Virus record (IMG/VR): IMGVR_UViG_3300026097_000805
Location: 1-64,000 of that record
Source of the DNA: a virus
DNA length: 64,000 nt
Direction: 5' to 3' (one strand)
Made by a program: the position numbers and the translations under genes. Positions 31,125 to 40,861 of the stretch are shown in pieces (positions within the stretch are counted from its first letter, which is position 1; the number at the start of each line of letters is the position of its first letter). The notes under the pieces were generated by a model, which was given only the letters and a program-made list of their open reading frames with translations, had not been told where the DNA came from and did not search any database.

Positions 31125-32214
31125 AACTCTGTCCGCGACTGCTGTCTAGAAACTCTGTGTGACGTTTAAACTCCGGTAGTTTACTACTGTTGTCTTCACT
31201 GTTCATGTAGTTGGCAATGTATTCACAGCTCTTGCGTGTGAGGTCGTTTTTAAAATCATAGTTGGCAAACTTTTCGCTTACTAGTTGTTTAGCAGATTGT
31301 GGCAGCACAGTCACGCTCAAGTGTTCTGGATATGCCAAGTGCGTGGCATTATGTCGTATGTTCATGTCGTCCAGCCATTCCAATGTTTCGGGTAGGTGAT
31401 ATACATTGAGTAGTGTCACGGTGGGCCTAGCAATCACATGTAGATCAATTTCTTTTTGTAGCTCAACAAATCTCTGGATATTAGCAACAACTTCTTCTTG
31501 CTTTGTTCCGTGACGCAGATACTCATTTTCTTGTGGTACAATGCTGTCTAAACTAATCGCTAGTTCAATATATTCAAACTTACGCCAGCGATCTACTATG
31601 TGTTGTTTTGGGTATACAGTACAGTTGGTGCTGTAGTTTAGATATATGTGATGAGCATGTCCTTCGTCAATAATGTAATCCAACAGTCGCCAATGATCTG
31701 GAGTAATAAGAGGTTCGCCGCCTGTTATCTTTAGATGTTTGAGATTGGGCACATGTGGAAATACACTTTCAACGGGCATTTTTGTCCGTGCTGTTTGTGT
31801 AAATGTTTTGCCGTAGTATTCAAATTCTTCTGCGAATATTTTGTGACTGTAGCGACTGTCGCACATTCTACAGGCAAGATTACAATCGTTAGATATAGCA
31901 AGTTCCAACCATTCTATTCTAGGAGCATCTTTTGCTATAGTTTCTATCCCTAGTTTAGCATGTTGATTATATCTTTGTCGCAGACTTTTCTTGCCTGAAT
32001 CTTCCTCTTGCCAACAGCGTGTACAGCCAGGATGCCGCTCACCGGCAATCATTGATTTTCTTACAGCAGACATTTTTTCGTTGTTAAAATTAAGATCAAT
32101 GTCGCCTTCTAACTGTCCGAGATTGCCTTGAAAACGGCAACAGGGTTTTACTCTCCCAGAACCATCAATAAACTGATGATTCCAAATCATCGAACATAAG
32201 GTATCTTTTGCCAT
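31093..32214 (-). CDS. radical SAM protein (class A), inverted relative to the island
   Basis: CNLACRMC; TGGEP; likely start MAKDTLCSMIW at 32214 (the ORF upstream of this is antisense to 32254..33453). Confidence 0.88.
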   Translation of the reverse strand: MAKDTLCSMIWNHQFIDGSGRVKPCCRFQGNLGQLEGDIDLNFNNEKMSAVRKSMIAGERHPGCTRCWQEEDSGKKSLRQRYNQHAKLGIETIAKDAPRIEWLELAISNDCNLACRMCDSRYSHKIFAEEFEYYGKTFTQTARTKMPVESVFPHVPNLKHLKITGGEPLITPDHWRLLDYIIDEGHAHHIYLNYSTNCTVYPKQHIVDRWRKFEYIELAISLDSIVPQENEYLRHGTKQEEVVANIQRFVELQKEIDLHVIARPTVTLLNVYHLPETLEWLDDMNIRHNATHLAYPEHLSVTVLPQSAKQLVSEKFANYDFKNDLTRKSCEYIANYMNSEDNSSKLPEFKRHTEFLDSSRGQSFKESYPYFDF

Positions 32215-32219
32215 AAATA

Positions 32220-32227
32220 TATTTATA
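32220..32227 (-). promoter_or_regulatory. T4-type late promoter box TATAAATA (minus strand)
   Basis: + strand TATTTATA, 5 nt before the 32214 start. Confidence 0.55.
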
Positions 32228-32253
32228 TACGCACTTAATAATGAGATATCACA

Positions 32254-33453
32254 TTGAAACCTGTAGCAAGTTATTTTAAGCACAATCCAACCGGGGCATT
32301 TAGTGTTGATTGGTACATAGGGAAACGCTGTAATTTCAGTTGTTCTTACTGTGTTGACTATCTGCATGACAATCATTCCCCTCATGTTCCCTATGAAAAC
32401 ATGCGGGCCCTTGCTGACACTATCATAGACGCCCACGGCATAAATGTTTTTTGGAGCCTCACGGGCGGTGAACCCACTATCAATCCAGATTTCATGAAAC
32501 TGTGTAAGTATATCAAACATGAGCGGGGCGCAAAACATGTTAGTCTAACCACCAACGGCAGCAGAACAGCAGCCTATCTCAAAGAGCTATATCAGTATTT
32601 AGACGGTATAACACTTAGCTTTCACTTTGAACACATGAAACATCGTATTGATGAATTCATAGACAAATGTATTCAACTAGAAGATTGGCGCAGGCAGTGG
32701 AATGCGGAGCAGGAAGCAAGCAACAACAAGTTTCCAGACTGGGACACAGGTTATATCAAAAAAACACTGATACTTAGATTCATGGTTTATCCAGGACAGT
32801 TTGAAAATGTTGAACGCATGGAACAGGCATTTCGCGATCACGGCATCACTAACATAGAACACCGTTATATTCGTCCGCCAGGCGGCAACTCTAACGAATT
32901 ATTGCCTGATAAGAAACTAGATTTTAAAACCAACAATGATACAGAATCAAAATACAAACTGTTGAGCAATGCTGACCAGACAGATATCAAAGCTATCGAA
33001 ACCAGAGAGAAAAAGTTTTATCGAGAAGGTGAACAAGAAAAAATCAAACAATTGTACGAAAACAAGATAACTCCAGACAAACGCAAATTAAAGTTTTGGT
33101 TCGACAACGACGGTGATCTAGTTGATCAAGATTTTCATTACAATGAACTAAATTTTGACAAGAAAAACAACTATGAAGGTTGGTTATGCTGGGCTGGGGT
33201 AAAACATTTGAAAGTGACACCCACAGGAGATATCTATATAGGAAGTTGTCATGTGGGAGGCAAGCGTGGTAATATATATGATAGCGGCAGCATTGATTTG
33301 CCAACTGAACCGATTCGTTGCCCTAAATGGCGCTGTACTGATAACCTAGATCTCAAAGTACCAAAGATTCGAGATTGGGAATATTACCATCTAGTTAAAG
33401 ACATGATAGAGTGGAAAGATTCTACGGATTCAATAGATATTGACAAACTATAA
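32254..33453 (+). CDS. radical SAM protein (class C)
   Basis: VDWYIGKRCNFSCSYC; TGGEP; C-terminal CWAG...GSC...CPKWRC; TTG start. Confidence 0.88.
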   Translation: MKPVASYFKHNPTGAFSVDWYIGKRCNFSCSYCVDYLHDNHSPHVPYENMRALADTIIDAHGINVFWSLTGGEPTINPDFMKLCKYIKHERGAKHVSLTTNGSRTAAYLKELYQYLDGITLSFHFEHMKHRIDEFIDKCIQLEDWRRQWNAEQEASNNKFPDWDTGYIKKTLILRFMVYPGQFENVERMEQAFRDHGITNIEHRYIRPPGGNSNELLPDKKLDFKTNNDTESKYKLLSNADQTDIKAIETREKKFYREGEQEKIKQLYENKITPDKRKLKFWFDNDGDLVDQDFHYNELNFDKKNNYEGWLCWAGVKHLKVTPTGDIYIGSCHVGGKRGNIYDSGSIDLPTEPIRCPKWRCTDNLDLKVPKIRDWEYYHLVKDMIEWKDSTDSIDIDKL

Positions 33454-33468
33454 AGAATATGTTATATT
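33440..33468 (+). promoter_or_regulatory. sigma70-type promoter TTGACA-N17-TATATT, extended -10
   Basis: read directly; -10 ends 6 nt before ATG 33475. Confidence 0.7.
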
Positions 33469-33474
33469 AATAGT

Positions 33475-34590
33475 ATGAATGAAAATTTAAAATGGTCCAA
33501 CTATGACTTCACTAAAATACCACTTGATGACATTGTCAGTGTTGGTCAACGCACTTTGCTTTATCGTGATCTTTTTACTGTATCGTGGTTGCTTGGAAGA
33601 TTCTGTAATTACAGATGCTCCTACTGTTGGCCATATGCCCGTTCCGACCGTAAAGACCATAGACCTACCGAGCTCTGCTTGCGCACAGTGGATGAAATTA
33701 AACGTCAAGCCAGACTCAACGGCTTCAATTCTTTCCACTTCTCCCTGTCAGGAGGAGAACCTACTTTCCATCCTGGCTACTTCGACATTTTAAAACATCT
33801 AGCTCAAGATATCGAAAACACAAACTACACCAGTATTCACATGACTTCTAACTGTAGTCGTAAAATGAAATGGTTTGAAGAGTATGTAGAGATAGCAAAG
33901 TCCTTTCACAGAGCTAGTATTACAGCAAGTCTACATACCGAACATGTAGACAACAAAGAAAAAATGCAGGAGTTTGCGGATAAACTTATTCTCTGTCAGG
34001 AAAATGATGTACAAATTACTATTAACATGGTCATGGTCCCAGAATGGTTTGATCGAGATTGGGAAAACGCTCTTTTCTTCCACGAGCAAGGAATAAACGT
34101 CACCCTTAAACCACAGAGCGATCCTACAGCGTCCAGAGTCGTAGAGGGCTACACAGAAGAACAGCTACAAACACTCTACAACGGAATGCCACAGCGAGGA
34201 TATACTGACGTAAAACGCAAGTGGGCAAATAGACCCAAACCAAACTTTCAAATACCCAAAGGAATAATGGGAAAAAATGATGCTAGTGTTCCGTGGAACA
34301 TGCAGGTTGAGCTTGAAGACTCTCAAGGAGAAAAATGGTATATGGATCAAGCAGAACGATTCAATGCCTTTAATTTTAACAAGTTTACTGACTGGAGTTG
34401 TAATGCTGGATATCAAGGCATAATTATAAGAGAGCCTGACGGAAATATCAAAAGGTCCTATAGCTGTCACGACGAACCCTTGGGTCATATTGAGACTGGA
34501 TTTACTTTGTTTAAAGAACCCAAGAAATGTATAACACCTAGTTGTGTAAGCAGTGCCGATAGCAAAATACCAAAGAGAAAATATGGGTAA
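33475..34590 (+). CDS. radical SAM protein (class C)
   Basis: VSWLLGRFCNYRCSYC; SGGEP; C-terminal CNAG...SC...CITPSC. Confidence 0.9.
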   Translation: MNENLKWSNYDFTKIPLDDIVSVGQRTLLYRDLFTVSWLLGRFCNYRCSYCWPYARSDRKDHRPTELCLRTVDEIKRQARLNGFNSFHFSLSGGEPTFHPGYFDILKHLAQDIENTNYTSIHMTSNCSRKMKWFEEYVEIAKSFHRASITASLHTEHVDNKEKMQEFADKLILCQENDVQITINMVMVPEWFDRDWENALFFHEQGINVTLKPQSDPTASRVVEGYTEEQLQTLYNGMPQRGYTDVKRKWANRPKPNFQIPKGIMGKNDASVPWNMQVELEDSQGEKWYMDQAERFNAFNFNKFTDWSCNAGYQGIIIREPDGNIKRSYSCHDEPLGHIETGFTLFKEPKKCITPSCVSSADSKIPKRKYG

Positions 34591-35776
34591 AGCAAAAATA
34601 ACCAGCAAAAATAAAGATACTATTTGTACATTTCCGTGGGAGATGTATAGCATAGACACGGGCTTTGGGTGGTATCGTTCCTGTCCTAGAATACCCTATC
34701 AAAAACTAGAAGACTTGGACTTTCACAATCATGGTAAAATTGTTGATTTAAGACAAGGGTTGCGAGACGGTGTAAAACACGACCTTTGTAAAGATTGCTG
34801 GTATGCCGAAGACAACGGCGCAAAGAGCTACAAACAAGTTTTAAAAACTAATTACGCCTACAAAAACAGCGATCAAGATTATGTCGCACATCCTAGAATA
34901 TTAGAAGTAAAGTTTAGCAATCTTTGTAATTTAAGATGTATTTTTTGTAGCAGTAAATGTAGCAGTCTATGGGAAGATGAACAGCCTATTACCGAGGATA
35001 TGTTAGGTTCTAAAAAAGGTGCTGAAGTTAATACAGCCCTATTAAAGTACATTAACGAAAACTATAAAAATCTTGAGATGTTTCAGTTGTTTGGCGGCGA
35101 ACCAGTACTACACAAAGAGTTCAACGATATATTTGACATTATTCTTAAAAAGCCAGAAAGTGACGGGCAAAAAGAAATTAGTTTCAGTACCAATCTATAT
35201 TACAACGACACATACAGGAAAAAATTCGAAGATAACATAAAAGGTTGCCTAGATAAAGGTCATAAGATCTATATGCGAATGAGCATAGACGGTGTATACA
35301 ATCAAGGAAAATATCTAAGACAAGGAATTGACTGGAGCGTATTTGAAAAGAATCTAGACAGTTTCATGGACAAGTTCCACGACTGGCCCAACTTTGGTAG
35401 GCTTAGATGTAATATTGCTTTAAATGCCACAAACATAATGTACTTAGATACAATCATGCACTATCTCAATGATAGAGGTTTAGATAATGTAGAACCGCAT
35501 TATAATTATGTTAGTAATCCTAAATACTTTTATGTTCAAACATATGGCACTCGTTTACAACAAGCTATAGATATTATCAAATCCCAAGACTATAGAATCT
35601 ATGACAAATATAAAACTCATGTATTGGATCTACTAGGTAGCATGGTTCATTTAGAACCACAGACTGATGTAATTGAGCAAGGAAAAGACTGGCTAAATAC
35701 ATATGATATTAAAACCAATCAGAACTTTTTAGAAGTTTTTCCACTTAATAGGTATATGTTTGATGATAGATTGTAG
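34583..35776 (+). CDS. radical SAM protein (class A)
   Basis: CNLRCIFC; FGGEP; CTFPW...RSCP...CKDCW; start moved to ATG 34583. Confidence 0.88.
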   Translation: MGKAKITSKNKDTICTFPWEMYSIDTGFGWYRSCPRIPYQKLEDLDFHNHGKIVDLRQGLRDGVKHDLCKDCWYAEDNGAKSYKQVLKTNYAYKNSDQDYVAHPRILEVKFSNLCNLRCIFCSSKCSSLWEDEQPITEDMLGSKKGAEVNTALLKYINENYKNLEMFQLFGGEPVLHKEFNDIFDIILKKPESDGQKEISFSTNLYYNDTYRKKFEDNIKGCLDKGHKIYMRMSIDGVYNQGKYLRQGIDWSVFEKNLDSFMDKFHDWPNFGRLRCNIALNATNIMYLDTIMHYLNDRGLDNVEPHYNYVSNPKYFYVQTYGTRLQQAIDIIKSQDYRIYDKYKTHVLDLLGSMVHLEPQTDVIEQGKDWLNTYDIKTNQNFLEVFPLNRYMFDDRL

Positions 35777-37205
35777 TCTAGTAGCAATTCCTCCCCTTGT
35801 TCTAAATGGACCTCCTATTGGAATTGCCTTACTCAAAGCACTTGCTGAAGAAAATGGCTATAAGTGCCAATGCTTTAATCCGAGTATTGACGTCTGGGAA
35901 AAACTAGAAAAGAATGAGAAAAGAACTTGGCCATATACACGCTTTACAAAAGAGTTTGAAGAAAAATACGATGTAGATGCTTGGGTAGCAGAGATAGTTG
36001 ATAACGCTTTGGCTCCTAATCCAAAATTCATAGGACTGTCATCGCATACCTGGAGCAGTGAATATTTTTTATTGAAAATTTCAAAACGATTCAAAGAAGT
36101 TCGTCCTGACCTAAAACTAGTATTAGGCGGTGCCGCAGCCATGGAACTTTTTGATACTGTGAGAAAACACAATGATATAGATTATATTGTGGTAGGCGAT
36201 GGCGAAAAAGCATTTTTAAATTGTTTGGAAGGCAAATTTGATTTTGAAGGACTTAACACAAAGGTTTCTCATTCTCTAAGTCCGGAAGAATTTAATAATT
36301 TACCATATCCAGATTTTAGTGATTTAAGGGTAGATTGGCACAAAGCAAAAAACCCTAAAGAAAACAGAATATATCTCATAGGCAGCAGAGGTTGTGTGTA
36401 TAACTGTAGTTTTTGTAATGTGCCTACAATGATGAAATATCGTTTCAAAGACGGAGCAAAATTTGCTCATGAAATACGCCACATGCAGAATCTATACACG
36501 CCTACCAATATTGAATTTGGCGACAGCTTAATTAATGGAAGTCTTAGAGAATATAAAAAACTTATATATACGCTAGCAGAATTAAACAAACAAGATCCTG
36601 TTAACAAACCAAAGATAGTCAGTTTCTATAGAATTAGACCAGAAGCACAAAGTCCTGAAGAAGACTTCAAAGCCGCAGCTGAAGCAGGATTTTACAGATT
36701 TAAAATAGGTGTGGAAAGCGGAAGCGATCAAGTTAGAAGTCACATAGGTAAACAAGAAACCAACGAGGACATAGAATACACCCTTAGAATGATGAAGAAG
36801 TATGGCATCAACGCTAACTTATTAATTATTGTTGGATACCCTACCGAAACAGAAAAAGATTTCCAAGAAACACTCGACATGCTTCAGATGATGGTGGATA
36901 CAGGGTTAGACAGTGTTGTTGACAGAGCAGTTGTAAACGAACTATATATCAGCACTGGTACACGCATAAGTGAGCAGATAGATGAGTTGGGCATTAGAGA
37001 TGCCTATGGCAGCGCAGAAGAAAAAATGAGTAGACCGTGGAGTGTGACTCTGCCTAACGGTGAAATCATTGACGAGGAAGTGCGAGAACGCAGACTACAC
37101 ACTGTGCTAGACTTTATTGAAAACAAGTTTCAAAATGCGCAAAACCTCATGGTTTTTAGCGGCAAGGAGGACAGCAGCCGCAACAGGGAAGGTGACAAGA
37201 CCTAA
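35760..37205 (+). CDS. cobalamin-binding-domain radical SAM protein (class B methyltransferase-like)
   Basis: PPIGIALL; FIGLS; VLGG; VVGDGE; GSRGCVYNCSFC; IGVESGS; VGYPTET. Confidence 0.85.
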   Translation: MMIDCSLVAIPPLVLNGPPIGIALLKALAEENGYKCQCFNPSIDVWEKLEKNEKRTWPYTRFTKEFEEKYDVDAWVAEIVDNALAPNPKFIGLSSHTWSSEYFLLKISKRFKEVRPDLKLVLGGAAAMELFDTVRKHNDIDYIVVGDGEKAFLNCLEGKFDFEGLNTKVSHSLSPEEFNNLPYPDFSDLRVDWHKAKNPKENRIYLIGSRGCVYNCSFCNVPTMMKYRFKDGAKFAHEIRHMQNLYTPTNIEFGDSLINGSLREYKKLIYTLAELNKQDPVNKPKIVSFYRIRPEAQSPEEDFKAAAEAGFYRFKIGVESGSDQVRSHIGKQETNEDIEYTLRMMKKYGINANLLIIVGYPTETEKDFQETLDMLQMMVDTGLDSVVDRAVVNELYISTGTRISEQIDELGIRDAYGSAEEKMSRPWSVTLPNGEIIDEEVRERRLHTVLDFIENKFQNAQNLMVFSGKEDSSRNREGDKT

Positions 37206-38107
37206 TGTGGCCTTACAGCGCAGATCAAGTTGAAAAACTACATCTTGAAACTGGCACCTTTTGTAATCTAGAGTGTCCAGGTTGTCTTCGCACATTTGAT
37301 AACACCGCACAATCGCACCTAAATACTAATTTTCTTACATACAAAAAAGTATCCACATGGTTTCAACCCAATGTATTACCGTCAGTAAACAAAGTAATAT
37401 ATAGCGGGCAGATTGATGAGCCTGCTGCTAATCCAGAAATAAAAGAAATCACAGAATATTTTCTTGACAATTGGAGCCTTAAAGTTCTAATCATGCAGAG
37501 TCACGGAAGCATACGAACCGAAAACTTTTGGACCGAACTAGGCAATCTTAGTAGAGAGTCAGGTCATATTTTTAGAGTAGAATTTAGCATAGACGGATTG
37601 GAAGACTCAAATCATATCTACAGACAAGGCAGTAATTGGCACAGAATTATAAACAATGTTAACGCATACATACAAGCAGGCGGCTATGCCAGCTGGAAGT
37701 TTATTAAATTCAAACACAATGAACATCAAGTGGATCAAGCACTAGAACTTAGTAAGAAGCTAGGCTTTAAACAGTTTGTGACCGTTGACAGTGCTAGGCC
37801 TTCTAGCAAGGAAATAAATACACCTTTTGATTTTAAATCCAACGACAGTGTTAAATGTAGAGCATTTGACGACAAATGGTTGTATGTTCACTATGATGGT
37901 GTTTTACAGCCTTGTTGCTACTTTGGATATGACGAACGCAGTGACGATCCAGAAGATAATTTAAACCACAACACCATAGATAATTATTTTAGTAATAGTA
38001 AATTTTTACATGATCTACAAGATGGTTGGGATACTCCTAGCTGTAATCCAAGATGCTATACCAAATGTAAATTAAATTTACGAGATAACAGGACGGTATA
38101 CGAATGA
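37205..38107 (+). CDS. radical SAM protein (class B)
   Basis: CNLECPGC; FSIDGLEDSNHIYR; QPCCY...CYTKC. Confidence 0.88.
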   Translation: MWPYSADQVEKLHLETGTFCNLECPGCLRTFDNTAQSHLNTNFLTYKKVSTWFQPNVLPSVNKVIYSGQIDEPAANPEIKEITEYFLDNWSLKVLIMQSHGSIRTENFWTELGNLSRESGHIFRVEFSIDGLEDSNHIYRQGSNWHRIINNVNAYIQAGGYASWKFIKFKHNEHQVDQALELSKKLGFKQFVTVDSARPSSKEINTPFDFKSNDSVKCRAFDDKWLYVHYDGVLQPCCYFGYDERSDDPEDNLNHNTIDNYFSNSKFLHDLQDGWDTPSCNPRCYTKCKLNLRDNRTVYE

Positions 38108-38649
38108 TAGAAATCTATGACAACTTTTTGGATGAAAAAGTCTTTAAACAAGTTCAACAAGAAGTTCTTGGTTTGAGCTATGAGCCTATACAACACGGCG
38201 ACGATGTAGCATATAAACTAGACAGCGGTACAATTTATAAAACCAAACACAAACAGTGGTCAGATAACCCAACAGCACTACAGGTGTTTTTTGATGCTAT
38301 GGCACAACAAGATTTTCTTCCATCTGATGTATTTTCTATTATGGTTCATGTTTACGAACCAGGAGCAGAAATCAGTTGGCACAGAGATTATGCCTCACTT
38401 GCTTCATATTCTTTTTATATACACGACGAATGGCGCAGTGAGTGGGGAGGACAGTTAATGGTCACAGATTCTTCAGACCGCCACGGAAATAACGGCAATG
38501 TTTTTGACCACAGGCAAGATGTTATGACACCCGGTGTAGGACAATACTATGAACCTATTCCTAATAGACTTGTGATTATAAAAGACTGTCTACACAAAGT
38601 AAACCGTTGTAATCACAGACGCACTAGCCTTACAGGATTTTTCAAATAA
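38104..38649 (+). CDS. prolyl-4-hydroxylase-like 2OG-Fe(II) oxygenase
   Basis: YEPGAEISWHRD; WRSEWGGQL; LHKV...RTSLTGF. Confidence 0.8.
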   Translation: MIEIYDNFLDEKVFKQVQQEVLGLSYEPIQHGDDVAYKLDSGTIYKTKHKQWSDNPTALQVFFDAMAQQDFLPSDVFSIMVHVYEPGAEISWHRDYASLASYSFYIHDEWRSEWGGQLMVTDSSDRHGNNGNVFDHRQDVMTPGVGQYYEPIPNRLVIIKDCLHKVNRCNHRRTSLTGFFK

Positions 38650-39689
38650 TGGCTTACTGCATGGCACCTTTCAGAAATGTCTACATCAACAACGGCAAAG
38701 CACGGCCCTGCTGTTGGTATGAACGCAGAGAACTCACTAACAAAGTAGACAATCTTATTGAAGTTGTTGATGTATTCAACAGCAATGAATTTGATGCGAT
38801 AAGAAACAACCCCAGCAATAAACCCAGCGGATGTTGGAAGTGTCAGATGCATGAAGACAATGGCGGCGTTAGTCATAGGATGCTATGGAATAAGCGCGAA
38901 AAGGATAACGGAGATGTCAAGCTGACTGATTTAGATATCTACATGGGCAATCTTTGTAATCTTGCTTGTGTGACCTGTAGCAGTCACAACAGTTCTAAAT
39001 GGATCGCTGAAGAAAAACAAATTTATGGATCCAGCTTCAAAGACAAGCAAGACGACATAGACATCAATCTCAACTGGGAGTTGGTAAAGGATTTAAAACG
39101 AATCAAACTAGCTGGAGGGGAAGTCACACTCATGCCCCATCACGAACCATTTTTACAACAGTTGATTGACTTTGATGTGGCAAAAAATATCACCCTAGTT
39201 TATATTGTCAACAGCACACAAGATCCTAGAAAGTTTGAAAATTTGTGGAGCAAATTTAAAAACATAGAATTTATAGTAAGCCTAGACGGTGTTGGCGAGC
39301 TCAGTGACTATATTAGATATCACAGTGATTGGAATACCGTAAGCACAAATATTATTCGCGCCACAGAAATGGGCATTCAAATCAGTGCCAACAGTGTGGT
39401 TAACATTTTGAATGTATACCATTTGCCCGAAATACTGGAGTGGTGGAAACACAAAGGCAGTGTGCTATGGCGCATTTTAGATTATCCGCAACCATTGAGC
39501 ATTGTCAATCTCAAGCCCGAACACAAGGATCTTGTGGCAGAGAGATTGAAAGACTATGATGAGCTTGCGCATGTGATAGAACACATGTACAAAGAACAAG
39601 GCGACTGGAATAGCTTTGTAGATTGGATCACTCCTATAGATAACAACAGAAAGTATAACTGGCAACAGTTTAATCCACAATATGTCTGA
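38649..39689 (+). CDS. radical SAM protein (class A)
   Basis: CNLACVTC; AGGEV; YCMAPF...RPCC...CWKC. Confidence 0.9.
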   Translation: MAYCMAPFRNVYINNGKARPCCWYERRELTNKVDNLIEVVDVFNSNEFDAIRNNPSNKPSGCWKCQMHEDNGGVSHRMLWNKREKDNGDVKLTDLDIYMGNLCNLACVTCSSHNSSKWIAEEKQIYGSSFKDKQDDIDINLNWELVKDLKRIKLAGGEVTLMPHHEPFLQQLIDFDVAKNITLVYIVNSTQDPRKFENLWSKFKNIEFIVSLDGVGELSDYIRYHSDWNTVSTNIIRATEMGIQISANSVVNILNVYHLPEILEWWKHKGSVLWRILDYPQPLSIVNLKPEHKDLVAERLKDYDELAHVIEHMYKEQGDWNSFVDWITPIDNNRKYNWQQFNPQYV

Positions 39690-40344
39690 ACCACAAGTAA
39701 TAGATTTATTCGACAGCGAAGAGATTACCTATCTAGCAGAAGTTAGGCACAAGTATCCGCTGAAAGAAAAAATGAGCGGGACTCGCAACTGGCAATGGAA
39801 ATCGCATGACGAAGTCTGTCATTTCCTATTAGAAAAACTTGATCCATACATAGGCAAGTGCTTTAGACATGGTGGGAACTATTTTGAAACACCCAATCCC
39901 TTTCATCCGCACACAGACACTACCAAACAATCAGAGTTTCCAAATAGCCAACCATATAAGAATGTTGTAATACCTCTAACAGAAAACCCAAATATATACA
40001 CAGTGATTTTTGAACAAAGATGGACAGGACCAGCCAGTCATTTTTGGCAGGGCAGTCTGTTCGGATATCTTCCAGATCCGCTGTACAATGAAAGGAAAAC
40101 AGATCTAATTGGTGTAGAAAATGTATGCGATGAACCTTTTCCTGTAGAAGATTATATGAAGTATCTTACTCACCTACCATATGAAAGTTTACAAGGGTTC
40201 AGCATACTGGGAGCATACCCTTGGAAAATAGGGCAAGCATTGATATTTGATTGCCAAAACATACATTGCGGAAGCAACTTTAGACACCACGGAATAAACA
40301 ATAAACTAGGACTTAGTCTTTTTACTAGCAGATATGTGGAATAA
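39682..40344 (+). CDS. 2OG-Fe(II) oxygenase-like protein
   Basis: FHPHTD (HxD); NVVIPL; distal IHCG. Confidence 0.5.
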   Translation: MSEPQVIDLFDSEEITYLAEVRHKYPLKEKMSGTRNWQWKSHDEVCHFLLEKLDPYIGKCFRHGGNYFETPNPFHPHTDTTKQSEFPNSQPYKNVVIPLTENPNIYTVIFEQRWTGPASHFWQGSLFGYLPDPLYNERKTDLIGVENVCDEPFPVEDYMKYLTHLPYESLQGFSILGAYPWKIGQALIFDCQNIHCGSNFRHHGINNKLGLSLFTSRYVE

Positions 40345-40861
40345 ATTTCAAACAACACACCCAGGTGTAGGCACACTAGTAGATGTCTACATCGACGAGG
40401 ATCAGCAATACATCAAACGAATATTTGATGCTGACTCAATTACCTGCGACGGTAAGCCCAATCGTTTTAACCAATCTCAGGTTAAAGAATTTTTTGAATG
40501 GGAGTGCTATTGGCTAAACATGTTTAAACACAGTGAATGGGTGCCAGAGTTAATTGAAATAGGCGAAAACTATACCATTCAAAAATATTATAGATCATGT
40601 GTGTTAGATGACCTACATGTAAATATGCCAGACATCACAGATCAAATTGTAGAAATGTACAAGTTCTTTAAAACACAAAAAGTATTTAAACGCAACGGCA
40701 GTTTAAGCAATCTTACCCTTAACGGAGATAAGTTGATTGCGTTTGATTTTAAATGGGCAAGGCCCCGACCAGTGGGTATTAACATGGAACTTAAAAGTTA
40801 TTCACAATGGCTCAACAAGGCTGATCCCACTGTTGAACAGAAATTGTTGGATCTACTATGA
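40334..40861 (+). CDS. kinase-like-fold protein (atypical)
   Basis: VPELIE...YTIQKY; KRNGSLSN followed by LIAFDF; catalytic Asp not evident. Confidence 0.4.
   Translation: MWNKFQTTHPGVGTLVDVYIDEDQQYIKRIFDADSITCDGKPNRFNQSQVKEFFEWECYWLNMFKHSEWVPELIEIGENYTIQKYYRSCVLDDLHVNMPDITDQIVEMYKFFKTQKVFKRNGSLSNLTLNGDKLIAFDFKWARPRPVGINMELKSYSQWLNKADPTVEQKLLDLL

Noticed and set aside
32215-32538. N-terminal 108-aa extension of the inverted rSAM
   Set aside because: Antisense to 32254..33453; paralogs start at the Cys-x-x-(P/I)W motif, and a promoter box sits right before ATG 32214.
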